Positions 30,801 through 39,585 of a stretch of DNA of 64,000 bases are shown one piece after another (position 1 is the stretch's first letter; each line of letters begins with the position of its first letter). Made by a program: the position numbers and the translations under genes. Origin of the DNA: a virus. Taxonomy: Duplodnaviria; Caudoviricetes. Location: IMG/VR virus record IMGVR_UViG_3300020187_001966; one strand, 5' to 3'. The notes under the pieces were generated by a model, which saw only the letters and a program-made list of their open reading frames with translations, had not been told where the DNA came from and ran no database searches.

Positions 30801-31404
30801 CGTTAAACTCAGATGATGGTTCAGCTCCTATACTAGATGTTCTATAAATTTCATTTGTAATACCATCACGTACACCTCTACTAAATGGTGTGCCAAATTG
30901 ATTACTACTATTAAACGTACTATTCATTACAGTAATAAAATTTTGGTATGCTGTTGGATCAGTAACATCTTCAAACTGTAAGTCAACATTCGCAAGACTG
31001 TTTCCGTCTACATCGTATACTGTTTCAGTTGTTTTGATACTGTCAATTTTTAAATATCCACTAGCTACTACATTACGTGTTGGGTTATAACCTAAAAATT
31101 CAGCAATGCGGAGGGCGCTATCTCTGCGTTCTGCTGTACTTAGATAATTTTCACGTGAGTTAAGATCGTTTCTAAATGCTAAGTTGTGTCCTAAGAATGC
31201 CATTAATTCTAGTAAACTTGTAAACTCACTTGAGCTAATCCAGTCATTAAAATTTTCTGGGTAGTTGGTATCTATATACTCTACCATTGCGTTCTTGATA
31301 GTGTCAAAGTCGTATGCTTGGAAGTTTGCTTGAGCAAAACTTTCGTATACTACACTAAAATCTTCAGCAGCAAATAAACTGCTCTGTCTTGCGCCTTGTG
31401 CCAT
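27865..31404 (-). CDS. gp6: Baseplate wedge protein gp6-like
   Basis: YDFDTIKNAMVEY...LLELMAFLG...RENYLSTAERRDS...LGY; ESLQSIKDNA...QDRLVTAEDY. Confidence 0.88.
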   Translation of the reverse strand: MAQGARQSSLFAAEDFSVVYESFAQANFQAYDFDTIKNAMVEYIDTNYPENFNDWISSSEFTSLLELMAFLGHNLAFRNDLNSRENYLSTAERRDSALRIAEFLGYNPTRNVVASGYLKIDSIKTTETVYDVDGNSLANVDLQFEDVTDPTAYQNFITVMNSTFNSSNQFGTPFSRGVRDGITNEIYRTSSIGAEPSSEFNANVSGSRAVFGAHSVYLNSSLNRIQEKTPDPFGALDIIYRNDNGGFSSPDTGFFFGFKQGTLQFKDFGIADGLPNLVLDIDDINVANGNIWVQTVDEVGQVLTDWMSVDRIFGLNAIYNNLDNNFRNIYTVSSREDDKISIVFGDGDFGNIPRGIIRVWYRTGLNLSYTLNPESFGTTSYSFNYLGSDGNTYRATFTASLKSRVSNASQRESLQSIKDNAGRFHSTQDRLVTAEDYSIFPLTVSENIRKIKSVNRVHSGHSRFRDFNDPTGSYSDAIQFLDDGYLYREDVAARSVVSLPTNLNSEQTYSRFIKPLLDNPEVKNFFYDRQYYGPDGSYTPASQYTDTTANIVYHNADGTETNTFRWNQVTKGGNTSTGYLTNDASIIQRVKANGIAPMNKIDINSIIEFVTPPYKIGYISSIKITSAGSGYTSDPTVSITGAGTGATGTANIDGSGALVSITITDSGLSYDSATSVTITGGGGSGATATAVVSSADTKWVRVTGIYNDGLGIDNSAGTQTGIDQIGRGSVTLSEVIPSGARIKRIIPSWANDLTSTVKTDVLNLITNNNSFGLRYDATTQAWVVVTGSNLVTSSLTNNNPSSWNRTYEGDTNGTGLDNSWIIRLNYTSSQWEIVTRKTRYIFGSDEQIKFANLNFAETFSSETLKPSMDNIKVLGINSKSKSNSLPIGSDYTMNASGYFTYPDGYTDPNKIRLTLSSPTNDGFPVNPSAFHDIVGDETITLNTKVIDGFTYTVHDASSGTSVTGRSGLASKYTRIADVNQVIDPATTNIIDTYVLLSTYENSFRTWARYDGRGYTKPNPPTISSLNDLFKSLDNKKSISDQVIYRPVKYKILFGDLASSELQAKFNVTKTANCTLSDTEIKQEVIRLVNAYFGIDNWDFGETFYFTELAAFIHNNTVGQVAQINIESVDNQAKPNALFEIISDSDELFLPVITTSNITVSKSTVYNPTSIAANSGVSIT

Positions 31405-31769
31405 TATGTTATCTCACTTGTGTATGTTAAATATAGTTCTTCAGCTAATCCAGTATCATCGTAAACAACACGTACTCGTATATCAAGTTGATGATCTGTT
31501 GGCTTACTTAGATTTACTTCACTAAAAATCCATCTCGGGTCGCTATCAATAATATTTTGTACATCATCTCTTGCGGCCTGTTCTGTAATATCGTCCAAAG
31601 GTTCAAAAACTAAATCTGGTAGTATTGATCCAAAATTTGGGTTCATAACTCTTTCGCCTTTACGTGTGTAAAAGTGATTCATTAAGTCGCGAACAGCTAA
31701 GTCCTTGTCTACAAGGACTGTATTAATGTCTGTTCTATCAATTGTGCTATATCCAACGTATGTAACCAT
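31404..31769 (-). CDS. gp25: Baseplate wedge subunit gp25-like
   Basis: TRKGERVMNPNFGS.L..LVFEP, IIDSDPR. Confidence 0.9.
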   Translation of the reverse strand: MVTYVGYSTIDRTDINTVLVDKDLAVRDLMNHFYTRKGERVMNPNFGSILPDLVFEPLDDITEQAARDDVQNIIDSDPRWIFSEVNLSKPTDHQLDIRVRVVYDDTGLAEELYLTYTSEIT

Positions 31770-31774
31770 ACTGA

Positions 31775-31782
31775 TATTTATA
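31775..31782 (-). promoter_or_regulatory. T4-type late promoter
   Basis: Exact TATAAATA immediately upstream of gp25. Confidence 0.7.
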
Positions 31783-31802
31783 GCAAAATTAACTGCTATG
31801 TT

Positions 31803-32687
31803 TTAAATTTTAGTGGTAAATCGAACAATATCACCAGTTTTTAATGATTTAGTTATAGTAATAACGTTATTAAGTAATGTAAAGTCAAAATAATGCTGGA
31901 TTGCTTCACCATTTACTTCTACTCTAAGTTTTTCCATTGGTTCCATACTTGGACTATCTGTTATTGTAAATACATTGGTGTCACTATACGTAAAGTTTTC
32001 AACAACCAATGTGTTAGTATATGATTTAGCAATAGTCCTTTTAATACCTTCTGGGGTATTAGGAAGGAATTTTAAAGTCTCTGCGTAGTACGCAAATCTT
32101 GCTCTTTCTAAATCATTTTCGTCTAGTGCGCCAATTTCATTCTTGTCACGCATCTCAAATATACCAGTTTGTCTCATCCAACTACGTGATTTTGATTTAC
32201 CGTAATCACTTAGTCGTATTATACTAGCGGCTTGTACACAAAACAGTTTATTAAAATTGCTACGCTTAATCATACTAGCTACTGTTGTCCAATCACCGTT
32301 AGCGATATAATCTCGTATTTCATATATGTCTTCATCTGCGGTAACAGTTAATACATCACCATTAATAATATAGTATAATAATAGTCCATCAAATACACAC
32401 TGTGGTATACTTGTTAATCCAAATGACTTTAACTGACGGAGTAACACTCGTTGATTATTTTGAAAATCTTTAATCCAAATATCATATGCTTGTTGTTCAG
32501 TAATGCCTTGGTTAGCACCAGCAATACTATATCCAGTTTGATTATAACCAACATAACGTGCCATATTCAGTGTTACTAGAATTATTTTATCACTAGCATA
32601 TATATCATCAATGAATATAGATGTGTCCCAGTCAGCATCTTTAAGGGTAAACTCAGTCCAATTAGTATTGTATTTTTGTAAAATCAT
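31803..32687 (-). CDS. GH24 lysozyme-like baseplate protein, probably catalytically degenerate
   Basis: GITEQQAYDIWIKD...IPQCVFDGL...IANGDWTTVA follows the GH24 helical pattern; no Glu at the expected catalytic position (LNMARYVGY). Confidence 0.5.
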   Translation of the reverse strand: MILQKYNTNWTEFTLKDADWDTSIFIDDIYASDKIILVTLNMARYVGYNQTGYSIAGANQGITEQQAYDIWIKDFQNNQRVLLRQLKSFGLTSIPQCVFDGLLLYYIINGDVLTVTADEDIYEIRDYIANGDWTTVASMIKRSNFNKLFCVQAASIIRLSDYGKSKSRSWMRQTGIFEMRDKNEIGALDENDLERARFAYYAETLKFLPNTPEGIKRTIAKSYTNTLVVENFTYSDTNVFTITDSPSMEPMEKLRVEVNGEAIQHYFDFTLLNNVITITKSLKTGDIVRFTTKI

Positions 32688-34048
32688 TGTGGACCTGTCC
32701 TTCTTCCAGTATTAACATCATCACTTGTGCGTCTTTCCTTTGGACTTTTAGGATATTCTAATTTAGATACATCATAATCTTTTGCGGTTGTTTGTGTACT
32801 ACTTGGTGCTTGCGCAGCTATTTTAGTTCCTTGTGCGCTGTGTCCACCCCAAGGCTCATGTTCTGGCACTCTTGGATTGATGCTTTCTGTTATATCACGG
32901 TTTACACTTAGACTTCCACTTGTTGGTCCAACAGCTGCGGTTGCTGGCGGGCCGTTTAAGTCTAACATGCCTGCGGTACTAATTCTACCAAAGCCAGCAG
33001 CTTTGAGTTGTAAGTTTAGGTCAGTAGTTAATCGTATATCTTTATTTGATTTAAATTCAATTGGTCCAGTAGTAGTTTCTACTTTTAATCCGTCTGCGGC
33101 GGTTGCTCTAATATTAACTGAATCAGCATCCATATTAATATCACCTTTGGCATAAAAGTTAAAATCTTTTTCTGCATGATAACTCATACTGCCTGCCGCA
33201 TATACATCAACATTGCCGTCACTGTCCATTTGCATCCAACTAGTACCTTTTTGGTTTGTTATATAAACAATACCAGCACTGTCATTGAACAGCATTTGTG
33301 CGCCACCAGCACTTCGTAATCTTACTAAGTTATTTTCACCTTCTTCACGAGCTTGATCTGGAACATAGTTCTCACCTTCTTTATGCGCAACAGTACCATC
33401 GTCCATTACAAAACTGTGTCCTGCGGGTGTTAAGAATCCTGCTACATTACTTGGTGATTCTCTTCTACTGCCACTGCTACCAATACCACGTATTGGATCC
33501 AATCCTGTGCCTTGTTCAGCAACAGCATTTGCGACTGGATGTCGTGGTCTGACATTTTTCTGTTGATTTGATCCTGGGTCAATACTAGGGCCAATAGTGT
33601 TATCTTGTTCTGATACTTGACTCACTGGTAATCCTGGTACTGATCCATTACGTCCAACTGTTGGTAATACACCAAGTAAAAATCCAATTGGGTCATCTCC
33701 AGTGAACGCAACTAAAACTTCAGATCCACGACCTGGCGGTGGGAAACTTGCTCCATATGAAATTGTATTATCAGTATTAAATATTGAACCACCAAATGGA
33801 GACACAGTTCTAACTTTAGTGAACTTATGTCTATCTTCACGATTGGTGGTTCCTCCATTATTTCGATTATTAACTAAATTAACATATATAGCACCACCGT
33901 AGTCACCATCAGATTCATCAACAACTTTACCTACATACACACCATTTGGCATTACAAAACCCTGACGATTACCACTAGTAAATCTTGACGGTATACCTAT
34001 TGAGTCTCGGTTAGTGTTTGTGTGTTTGTGTTGTTCTTTATTTGACAT
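32684..34048 (-). CDS. gp5: Baseplate hub/spike protein gp5-like (OB-fold plus beta-helix)
   Basis: GVYVGKV...SPFGG...GASFPPP.RGSEVLVAF; TPAGHSFVMDD; LRSAGGAQMLFND; RVPEHEPW. Confidence 0.8.
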   Translation of the reverse strand: MSNKEQHKHTNTNRDSIGIPSRFTSGNRQGFVMPNGVYVGKVVDESDGDYGGAIYVNLVNNRNNGGTTNREDRHKFTKVRTVSPFGGSIFNTDNTISYGASFPPPGRGSEVLVAFTGDDPIGFLLGVLPTVGRNGSVPGLPVSQVSEQDNTIGPSIDPGSNQQKNVRPRHPVANAVAEQGTGLDPIRGIGSSGSRRESPSNVAGFLTPAGHSFVMDDGTVAHKEGENYVPDQAREEGENNLVRLRSAGGAQMLFNDSAGIVYITNQKGTSWMQMDSDGNVDVYAAGSMSYHAEKDFNFYAKGDINMDADSVNIRATAADGLKVETTTGPIEFKSNKDIRLTTDLNLQLKAAGFGRISTAGMLDLNGPPATAAVGPTSGSLSVNRDITESINPRVPEHEPWGGHSAQGTKIAAQAPSSTQTTAKDYDVSKLEYPKSPKERRTSDDVNTGRRTGPQ

Positions 34049-34056
34049 TTTATTCC

Positions 34057-37047
34057 TTAATATGCTGCGTTATGCATGTTTACAAGCCAGGTTGGTGCTT
34101 TGTGATGTTTTGTACGTGTAGATCCACCCCAATATGGTGCTGCGTTACTGCTTAGATTAGATCCAATACCAGGCGTCATAGCAATATCAAAGTGATGTGA
34201 TGTTCCACCCATATACAGTTCGCTTCCAGACCCGTAAGCTGGGTTAGCTATACCAACACTTGGTGTTAAGCCTTGCGCACGAGTTTCATTTAAAAAGGCC
34301 TGTGTATAGTTTTGTATAAGTGCTAAGTCTGCTGGATTTTCAACACTCAATACTCTACCATCACTAGTTCGCAGTTGTGAGTCAGCAGCAAATCCATCAT
34401 GTCTACCACTGCCTCCTGGGCCACGATTGCCACTTGTTACAACCATATCTAATCCGGTTTCTGCTCCGGCTGCTTGCATTGCTGTTAGTAGTCTGTTGTC
34501 AACACCTGTTATATCACCACTAATATTACCTGTTGCACTTCCTGATACATTTGGATCAAGTCGAGTACTGTTGTCGTTAAGTCCACCGCCAGGTTCATTT
34601 GGCAGTACATCATCAACTGGACTACTATAGTTTGATTTTAAGTTTAAATTTTTACGTGTTCCAGTAATTTTGCCTTCTGTTAATTGCGTAATTAACATTT
34701 CATTGTTTGTGTTTGTGTCTCTTATTGAGTCAAGAGTTTGTTTAAATTCACCCATCATGTATTGTGACGTTACAGTACTAACACGATATAATGCTGTTAT
34801 TCCAAAATTTTGTTCAGTCATTAATCCAGTTTCTTCGTCCTCATAAGTAGGCAACCGCATATTAAAAAAGTATCCAACTCCACCAATTTCATAATTAGCA
34901 TTATTGCTATTAGTTGCAGCGACACCTTTTGGTTTACCTAACCAATATGGGTCTCCTCTAATAGTCAGTCTCTGTTCAACTAATTCACCTGTAGAATTAA
35001 GATTAATTTCTAATGCGCCAAGGAATGCGGCACCAGGGTCATCTAGTGTATCAACACTACTGGCTGCTAAACTATCATTAACATCTTTATAATCAAATTG
35101 CATTGATGTATTAAGTGTTTCATGTGTTACTCGACTGGCAAGGGAACCTTTATAAAGTTCAGATTGTGTTATATACCGTTCTGCTTTAGGAATCGATTTA
35201 AATGTAAGTTCTTCCGCTTCTTTGTCAACATGGTTTTTTTGTGCTTGCTCAGCGGCTGTTAGTTTTATAGCTAAATTTTTCTTTGCGGCCTCTACATTTT
35301 GTTCTTTTACCTTCATATCTGATAAAGCACTTTCTACTTTCTCTTCTCCAAGGGCCCACCAAGGTATACTGTTTTTGAACTTTAATAATTCATTTTGTTG
35401 TTTATCAAGTTCACTTTCTGCTTTGACAAACTCCGCAGTGGCGTTTATTTTGGCACTTTCAGTTGACGCCAGGTTAGCTAATTGATTATTTGACCCCCTA
35501 TGGTGGTTTAGTGGTTGAGCTACAAAATACATACTGTTTAAAGATAGATCAAAATCAATTATTTCACTGTTAAGACCAGTAAAAGTATAATCATATCGTT
35601 TCCTCAGTAACCCATATGTGAGATAATTATTTAATCGTTGCTTTTGAGCGTCTGGGTCTTCTGATAACCTGCCGTAACTGTCAGGATCATGAATACCATG
35701 TGGTATAACGTATTCAGAAATATTATATGTAATTTTTCTTGGGTATCGTCTCTGAACTATATCGTACTTATTAATATATTCTATATTTGTTTTAAACATA
35801 AACCACTTCATCATTTCTGATAATTTTGCATGATTTTTAATTGTTGTGTCATCAACTTGCTCTTTAGCAAATTGATTTTTTCCTACGAGTGGTATCTTCT
35901 TAAATTCTTTAGTTTGTAATACAGCAGCAGCAATTGCAGCTGTCATACTTGTACCTTTATGAAATACAAATGAAAGCAGGCCATTTGACCCAGAGACACT
36001 AACATTACTTGATTTTCCTAAATTATCTCCAGTCACTGCGTCAAAATTCCACTTACGCCAATCTTTAGCTTCGCCATGTGTGCCAAACACGTACTCATTT
36101 GGTTGTAACTTTGTGCTATCTACCGCAGCTTGTCTATTTAATTCATTGTTAACTTCAAGAGTAAACTTATCTAAAAAATCTCCAAAGTTACTAGCGATAA
36201 CTGTGATATCAGCATTTAAGTGAAAGTCCACTCGACGGTATGCTGCGTATTCAATTTCATTAAATTCAACTTGGTAGTTAGTTGCACCTTCATTATGTTT
36301 AATTTGAAAATCTGTTATATTTACTACATAATAATACGGTCCAATTTCTTTTTCGCCCATTGGAGTATCATTTTCATTCCATCCTCGAAATTGAAGTTCA
36401 AGTAAATAAACTGCGTCAAGATGATTTTTAGTATCAAGTTCTTTAGCGGCAATCATAATTCGATTAAGAAATGTCATACCGTTTGCTTCAATAAAAGAAA
36501 TATCAAAACTATTAGAAACTGCGTTTCTGTTCTCTCGTACAAACCCCAGTGTTGTTTGTTGTATTACTGTTTCAATACTAATTTCATTTTCAACACCAGA
36601 TTTAGCTAATGTAATATATGTACCGTCGTTAAGGCTCTCTTCAAACTCTTGAGAGCGCATTGGGTTAATCATATGTAATGCCCAATTATACGTATAAGTT
36701 TCATAATCATTTAATATATTAGGTTTATAAAAACTTGCGTCTTTATTATTTCTAACATCCATATTTGCTCGTAGTTTTATATCTGTATCATTAGCACCAG
36801 CTTGTCCTGCGGCAAGTGGTGATGCAATGACGGATCTATGGCGATTAGCACCAGCTTGTCCTGCGGCAAGTGGTGATGCAATGACGGATCTATGGCGATT
36901 AGCACCAGCTTGTCCTGCGGCAAGTGGTGATGCGGGGCTAGGATTAGAATTGGGTGGATTGTTCAATATGTCTGATAATCGTGGGCTATCTGGTACACCA
37001 CGCAGAGAGGGTATATTCCTAAATCGTGGGTCTGGATGAACTGGCAT
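34057..37047 (-). CDS. Baseplate hub (gp27-like) with C-terminal M15-type zinc peptidase-like domain and N-terminal tandem repeat
   Basis: NILNDYETYTY...YLLELQFRG hub-type N-terminal region, LTIRGDPYWL; C-terminal VTSGNR...RHDGFAAD...HHFD. TAATG coupling supports the start. Confidence 0.7.
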   Translation of the reverse strand: MPVHPDPRFRNIPSLRGVPDSPRLSDILNNPPNSNPSPASPLAAGQAGANRHRSVIASPLAAGQAGANRHRSVIASPLAAGQAGANDTDIKLRANMDVRNNKDASFYKPNILNDYETYTYNWALHMINPMRSQEFEESLNDGTYITLAKSGVENEISIETVIQQTTLGFVRENRNAVSNSFDISFIEANGMTFLNRIMIAAKELDTKNHLDAVYLLELQFRGWNENDTPMGEKEIGPYYYVVNITDFQIKHNEGATNYQVEFNEIEYAAYRRVDFHLNADITVIASNFGDFLDKFTLEVNNELNRQAAVDSTKLQPNEYVFGTHGEAKDWRKWNFDAVTGDNLGKSSNVSVSGSNGLLSFVFHKGTSMTAAIAAAVLQTKEFKKIPLVGKNQFAKEQVDDTTIKNHAKLSEMMKWFMFKTNIEYINKYDIVQRRYPRKITYNISEYVIPHGIHDPDSYGRLSEDPDAQKQRLNNYLTYGLLRKRYDYTFTGLNSEIIDFDLSLNSMYFVAQPLNHHRGSNNQLANLASTESAKINATAEFVKAESELDKQQNELLKFKNSIPWWALGEEKVESALSDMKVKEQNVEAAKKNLAIKLTAAEQAQKNHVDKEAEELTFKSIPKAERYITQSELYKGSLASRVTHETLNTSMQFDYKDVNDSLAASSVDTLDDPGAAFLGALEINLNSTGELVEQRLTIRGDPYWLGKPKGVAATNSNNANYEIGGVGYFFNMRLPTYEDEETGLMTEQNFGITALYRVSTVTSQYMMGEFKQTLDSIRDTNTNNEMLITQLTEGKITGTRKNLNLKSNYSSPVDDVLPNEPGGGLNDNSTRLDPNVSGSATGNISGDITGVDNRLLTAMQAAGAETGLDMVVTSGNRGPGGSGRHDGFAADSQLRTSDGRVLSVENPADLALIQNYTQAFLNETRAQGLTPSVGIANPAYGSGSELYMGGTSHHFDIAMTPGIGSNLSSNAAPYWGGSTRTKHHKAPTWLVNMHNAAY
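36790..36933. repeat. Perfect 54-bp tandem repeat (2.67 copies) inside the hub gene
   Basis: The unit starting ATTAGCACCAGCTTG recurs at 36790, 36844 and 36898; it encodes ASPLAAGQAGANRHRSVI. Confidence 0.95.
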
Positions 37048-37346
37048 TAACTAACTCCAAATGCTGCTGACGTTGATGGTACTTTAATTTCAAGCCCTGC
37101 CACAAAATCATTAATTGGATCCCGAAGTTTGTCACGATTGTAGTGTACAAATATCCACCAATAACTACTGCTACCATACATATCAAAAGCAAGTAAATCT
37201 GGTCGGCGATTGTATCTATTATCAATACGCATAAGTTTTGCTTCCTGTGATAGTGAAGCATTAGTTAGTTTTGGTTGATATATATCCAAGTACTTTAAAT
37301 TTTTCGGAGTTGCTGCATAGCTGCTGGAATTAGAATAATTTGCCAT
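37047..37346 (-). CDS. gp53: Baseplate wedge gp53-like (LysM-like) protein
   Basis: YNRRPDLLAFDMYGSSSYWWIF...DPINDFVAGLEIKVP. Confidence 0.8.
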   Translation of the reverse strand: MANYSNSSSYAATPKNLKYLDIYQPKLTNASLSQEAKLMRIDNRYNRRPDLLAFDMYGSSSYWWIFVHYNRDKLRDPINDFVAGLEIKVPSTSAAFGVS

Positions 37347-37963
37347 TAAATAAATCCTTTACTATATAAACTTCCATTAAGAAAGTTATGTTTACTGAAA
37401 TCTCTTTTTTGTTTAGCTGGATTAACACTAACAAGTAAATCTAGCGAAATAGTTTGTATTGCTGGTAATGTTTGAGGTTGCCCAGCTTGGTCAATTACTT
37501 CAACTAAGTCAGTGTCACTTTGATATGGGATACTTACACTGCTAACTAACACTGGCACTTTATTAAACTGGTTTGATCCAAAGCTAGAAAACCTTAATTT
37601 AGGAGGCGGAGTGCCTGCTGCAGGAGTTTTTTCTGCATCAGCAAACCCATAAAACATTTTTGTTACACTGCGTAAGAAGTGTATTACGCCCTGCGTGTAT
37701 TCATGTTCTTCTCGAGTAACATTACTGAACTGTGCTGTTATTTGTATTGACGGACTAGGTGTTCCAGAGTAACTATGTGAGTGATAGTTAGTATGTGTTA
37801 ATCCATATGTTGCGTAGTTAACTGATTGTTGATACACAATATCTGGTTGTATAGGAAAAACTAATCCACCAGTTCGGCTTAATACTTTAGCAGGTCCTTT
37901 AAAATAAAAATTATTGCCTTTGAACAGTTCCAGTCTTGCTCTTGATGTATTACTGATTGCCAT
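37346..37963 (-). CDS. Baseplate/tail-tube initiator-like protein (gp48/gp54-like)
   Basis: LVFPIQPDI...THTNY...HFLRSVTKMFYG...GTPPPKL; adjacent to gp53. Confidence 0.55.
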   Translation of the reverse strand: MAISNTSRARLELFKGNNFYFKGPAKVLSRTGGLVFPIQPDIVYQQSVNYATYGLTHTNYHSHSYSGTPSPSIQITAQFSNVTREEHEYTQGVIHFLRSVTKMFYGFADAEKTPAAGTPPPKLRFSSFGSNQFNKVPVLVSSVSIPYQSDTDLVEVIDQAGQPQTLPAIQTISLDLLVSVNPAKQKRDFSKHNFLNGSLYSKGFI

Positions 37964-38540
37964 TTAATTTTCCTTTTACAAACTCGTACACTTTAGGATT
38001 AAATGAGCCAAAGAAGTCTTCAAATGCTTCACGCTTCTTTTTATCTTCAATGCCATCCATACGCATTACATTTCTAAACGTAGTAGCACTACGCCCATCA
38101 TCTTTTACTGGCACAGTGTATATATAACCTGCCTCATCACTTGATGTTAATTGTTCACTGTCTTTATACATACGTAAATAGCCACCTGTTTTTAAACGTC
38201 CAGCATCTTTTTCACTGAATACCAACAGTACCGCAGTGTTGTTTGGATCTTTACCAGTTGCGCTAACGTCAGGCTGATACGGACTAGTACGTATAATCTT
38301 ATCAGCTGGCACACCAAACATGTCAGTCATAATGCCAGTTTTCTCTTCGTAACTAAACGGATCCTTTTCTGGCTGAGCATTCTTGGCTATCGTAGTAGCG
38401 ATAAATACATTAGAAGAACCAAACTTACGAACTAAGTCCATATAAACTTTATGGTGCCCACTATGCATAGGTTGAAACCTTCCGCCATAGAACACAGCAA
38501 TGTCAGTTGCTTTAGCTTCATTAAGTTGTGAGTATCTCAT
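37950..38540 (-). CDS. Cytidylyltransferase-like (HIGH-motif) nucleotidyltransferase
   Basis: FYGGRFQPMHSGH, KDPFSYEEK, RSATTFR. Confidence 0.8.
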   Translation of the reverse strand: MRYSQLNEAKATDIAVFYGGRFQPMHSGHHKVYMDLVRKFGSSNVFIATTIAKNAQPEKDPFSYEEKTGIMTDMFGVPADKIIRTSPYQPDVSATGKDPNNTAVLLVFSEKDAGRLKTGGYLRMYKDSEQLTSSDEAGYIYTVPVKDDGRSATTFRNVMRMDGIEDKKKREAFEDFFGSFNPKVYEFVKGKLNGNQ

Positions 38541-38558
38541 GTCGTTCTCCTATAATAC

Positions 38559-38566
38559 TATTTATA
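38559..38566 (-). promoter_or_regulatory. T4-type late promoter
   Basis: Exact TATAAATA 19 nt upstream of ATG 38540. Confidence 0.7.
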
Positions 38567-38598
38567 GCATCAATAAGTGCTAGTATAATTAGAAGGAC

Positions 38599-38626
38599 TT
38601 GACAAAGGTAGAATATGTGTTATATT
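38599..38626 (+). promoter_or_regulatory. Sigma70-like promoter for gp55
   Basis: TTGACA (38599), 16 nt, TATATT (38621). Confidence 0.55.
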
Positions 38627-38649
38627 CGTAGTAATTTAAGGAAAGATTT

Positions 38650-39528
38650 ATGAGAAAACAAAATTATCTTAACAACAAGGATATGTTAAAAGAAATTCAC
38701 AAAAGTAAACTAACATATTGCCACTTAGTGGATGACGAGTATTCTAGATTTGATATCATTGTAAACAGTTATGAAGATATTTTTGATCCAGATGTTATCC
38801 AACAAGCAAGAGAAAATAGAGCTAGCGTACTAAGTTCACAAGGGTACGAAGAATCTTATAGAAAATGGCAAGCAAGTGGTAAACGTGTTAAAGACAAACC
38901 AAAGCAAGCTGAAACAAGAGTAAATCCAGAAGATATTGATCCAGATGAGCTAATCTTTCGATTAATGACCTTTGAACATGTACCAGGTGATGACAAACGT
39001 AAAACTAATCCAAAAACTATTGCGGATCGTCACGTTAAGGTTAACTTTCCACCATTCAAACACTATGCTAAACGCAATGGAGAAGTACAAGAAGTTGTAC
39101 GAAGCCACTGGGAAGGTGGTATTGATAATGGAGCATTTAGTACAACACATGGTCATACAACAAACGAATTAGCAAAGATGTATATCAAACTATGTGAACG
39201 CTACAGTATGCGTAGTAACTGGCGTGGATACACTTATGTAGACGAAATGCGTAGTCATGCTCTTATGCAACTATCTCAGATAGGCTTAAAGTTTAATGAG
39301 GATAAGAGTCAAAATCCGTTTGCGTATTATACGGCAGTGGTTACAAATAGCTTTACAAGAGTACTAAACCTTGAGAAACGAAACCAAAATATACGTGATG
39401 ACCTACTTCAAGAGAACGGATTCAACCCTAGCTTTAGTAGACAACTTGACCATGAAGCGGCTGAAAAGGCAAAATGGGACGAAAAAAGCGAGAAAGATCG
39501 CAAAGAAGCTACTGGAACAAATTTCTAG
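38650..39528 (+). CDS. gp55: Late-transcription sigma factor gp55-like
   Basis: NYLNNKDML N-terminus; NWRGYTYVDEM; KFNEDKSQNPFAYYT. Confidence 0.8.
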   Translation: MRKQNYLNNKDMLKEIHKSKLTYCHLVDDEYSRFDIIVNSYEDIFDPDVIQQARENRASVLSSQGYEESYRKWQASGKRVKDKPKQAETRVNPEDIDPDELIFRLMTFEHVPGDDKRKTNPKTIADRHVKVNFPPFKHYAKRNGEVQEVVRSHWEGGIDNGAFSTTHGHTTNELAKMYIKLCERYSMRSNWRGYTYVDEMRSHALMQLSQIGLKFNEDKSQNPFAYYTAVVTNSFTRVLNLEKRNQNIRDDLLQENGFNPSFSRQLDHEAAEKAKWDEKSEKDRKEATGTNF

Positions 39529-39557
39529 TTGACAATCATACAATAACGTTGTAAATT
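39529..39557 (+). promoter_or_regulatory. Sigma70-like promoter for gp47-gp46
   Basis: TTGACA (39529), 17 nt, TAAATT (39552). Confidence 0.5.
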
Positions 39558-39585
39558 AACATTATACAATAATGGAAAGTATTCT

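Noticed and set aside
36790-36933. CRISPR or TIGR-like array (36-bp palindromic repeat with 18-bp spacers)
   Set aside because: The spacers are identical, the unit is a multiple of 3 within an open coding frame, and no cas or tas gene is in the window. It is a coding tandem repeat.
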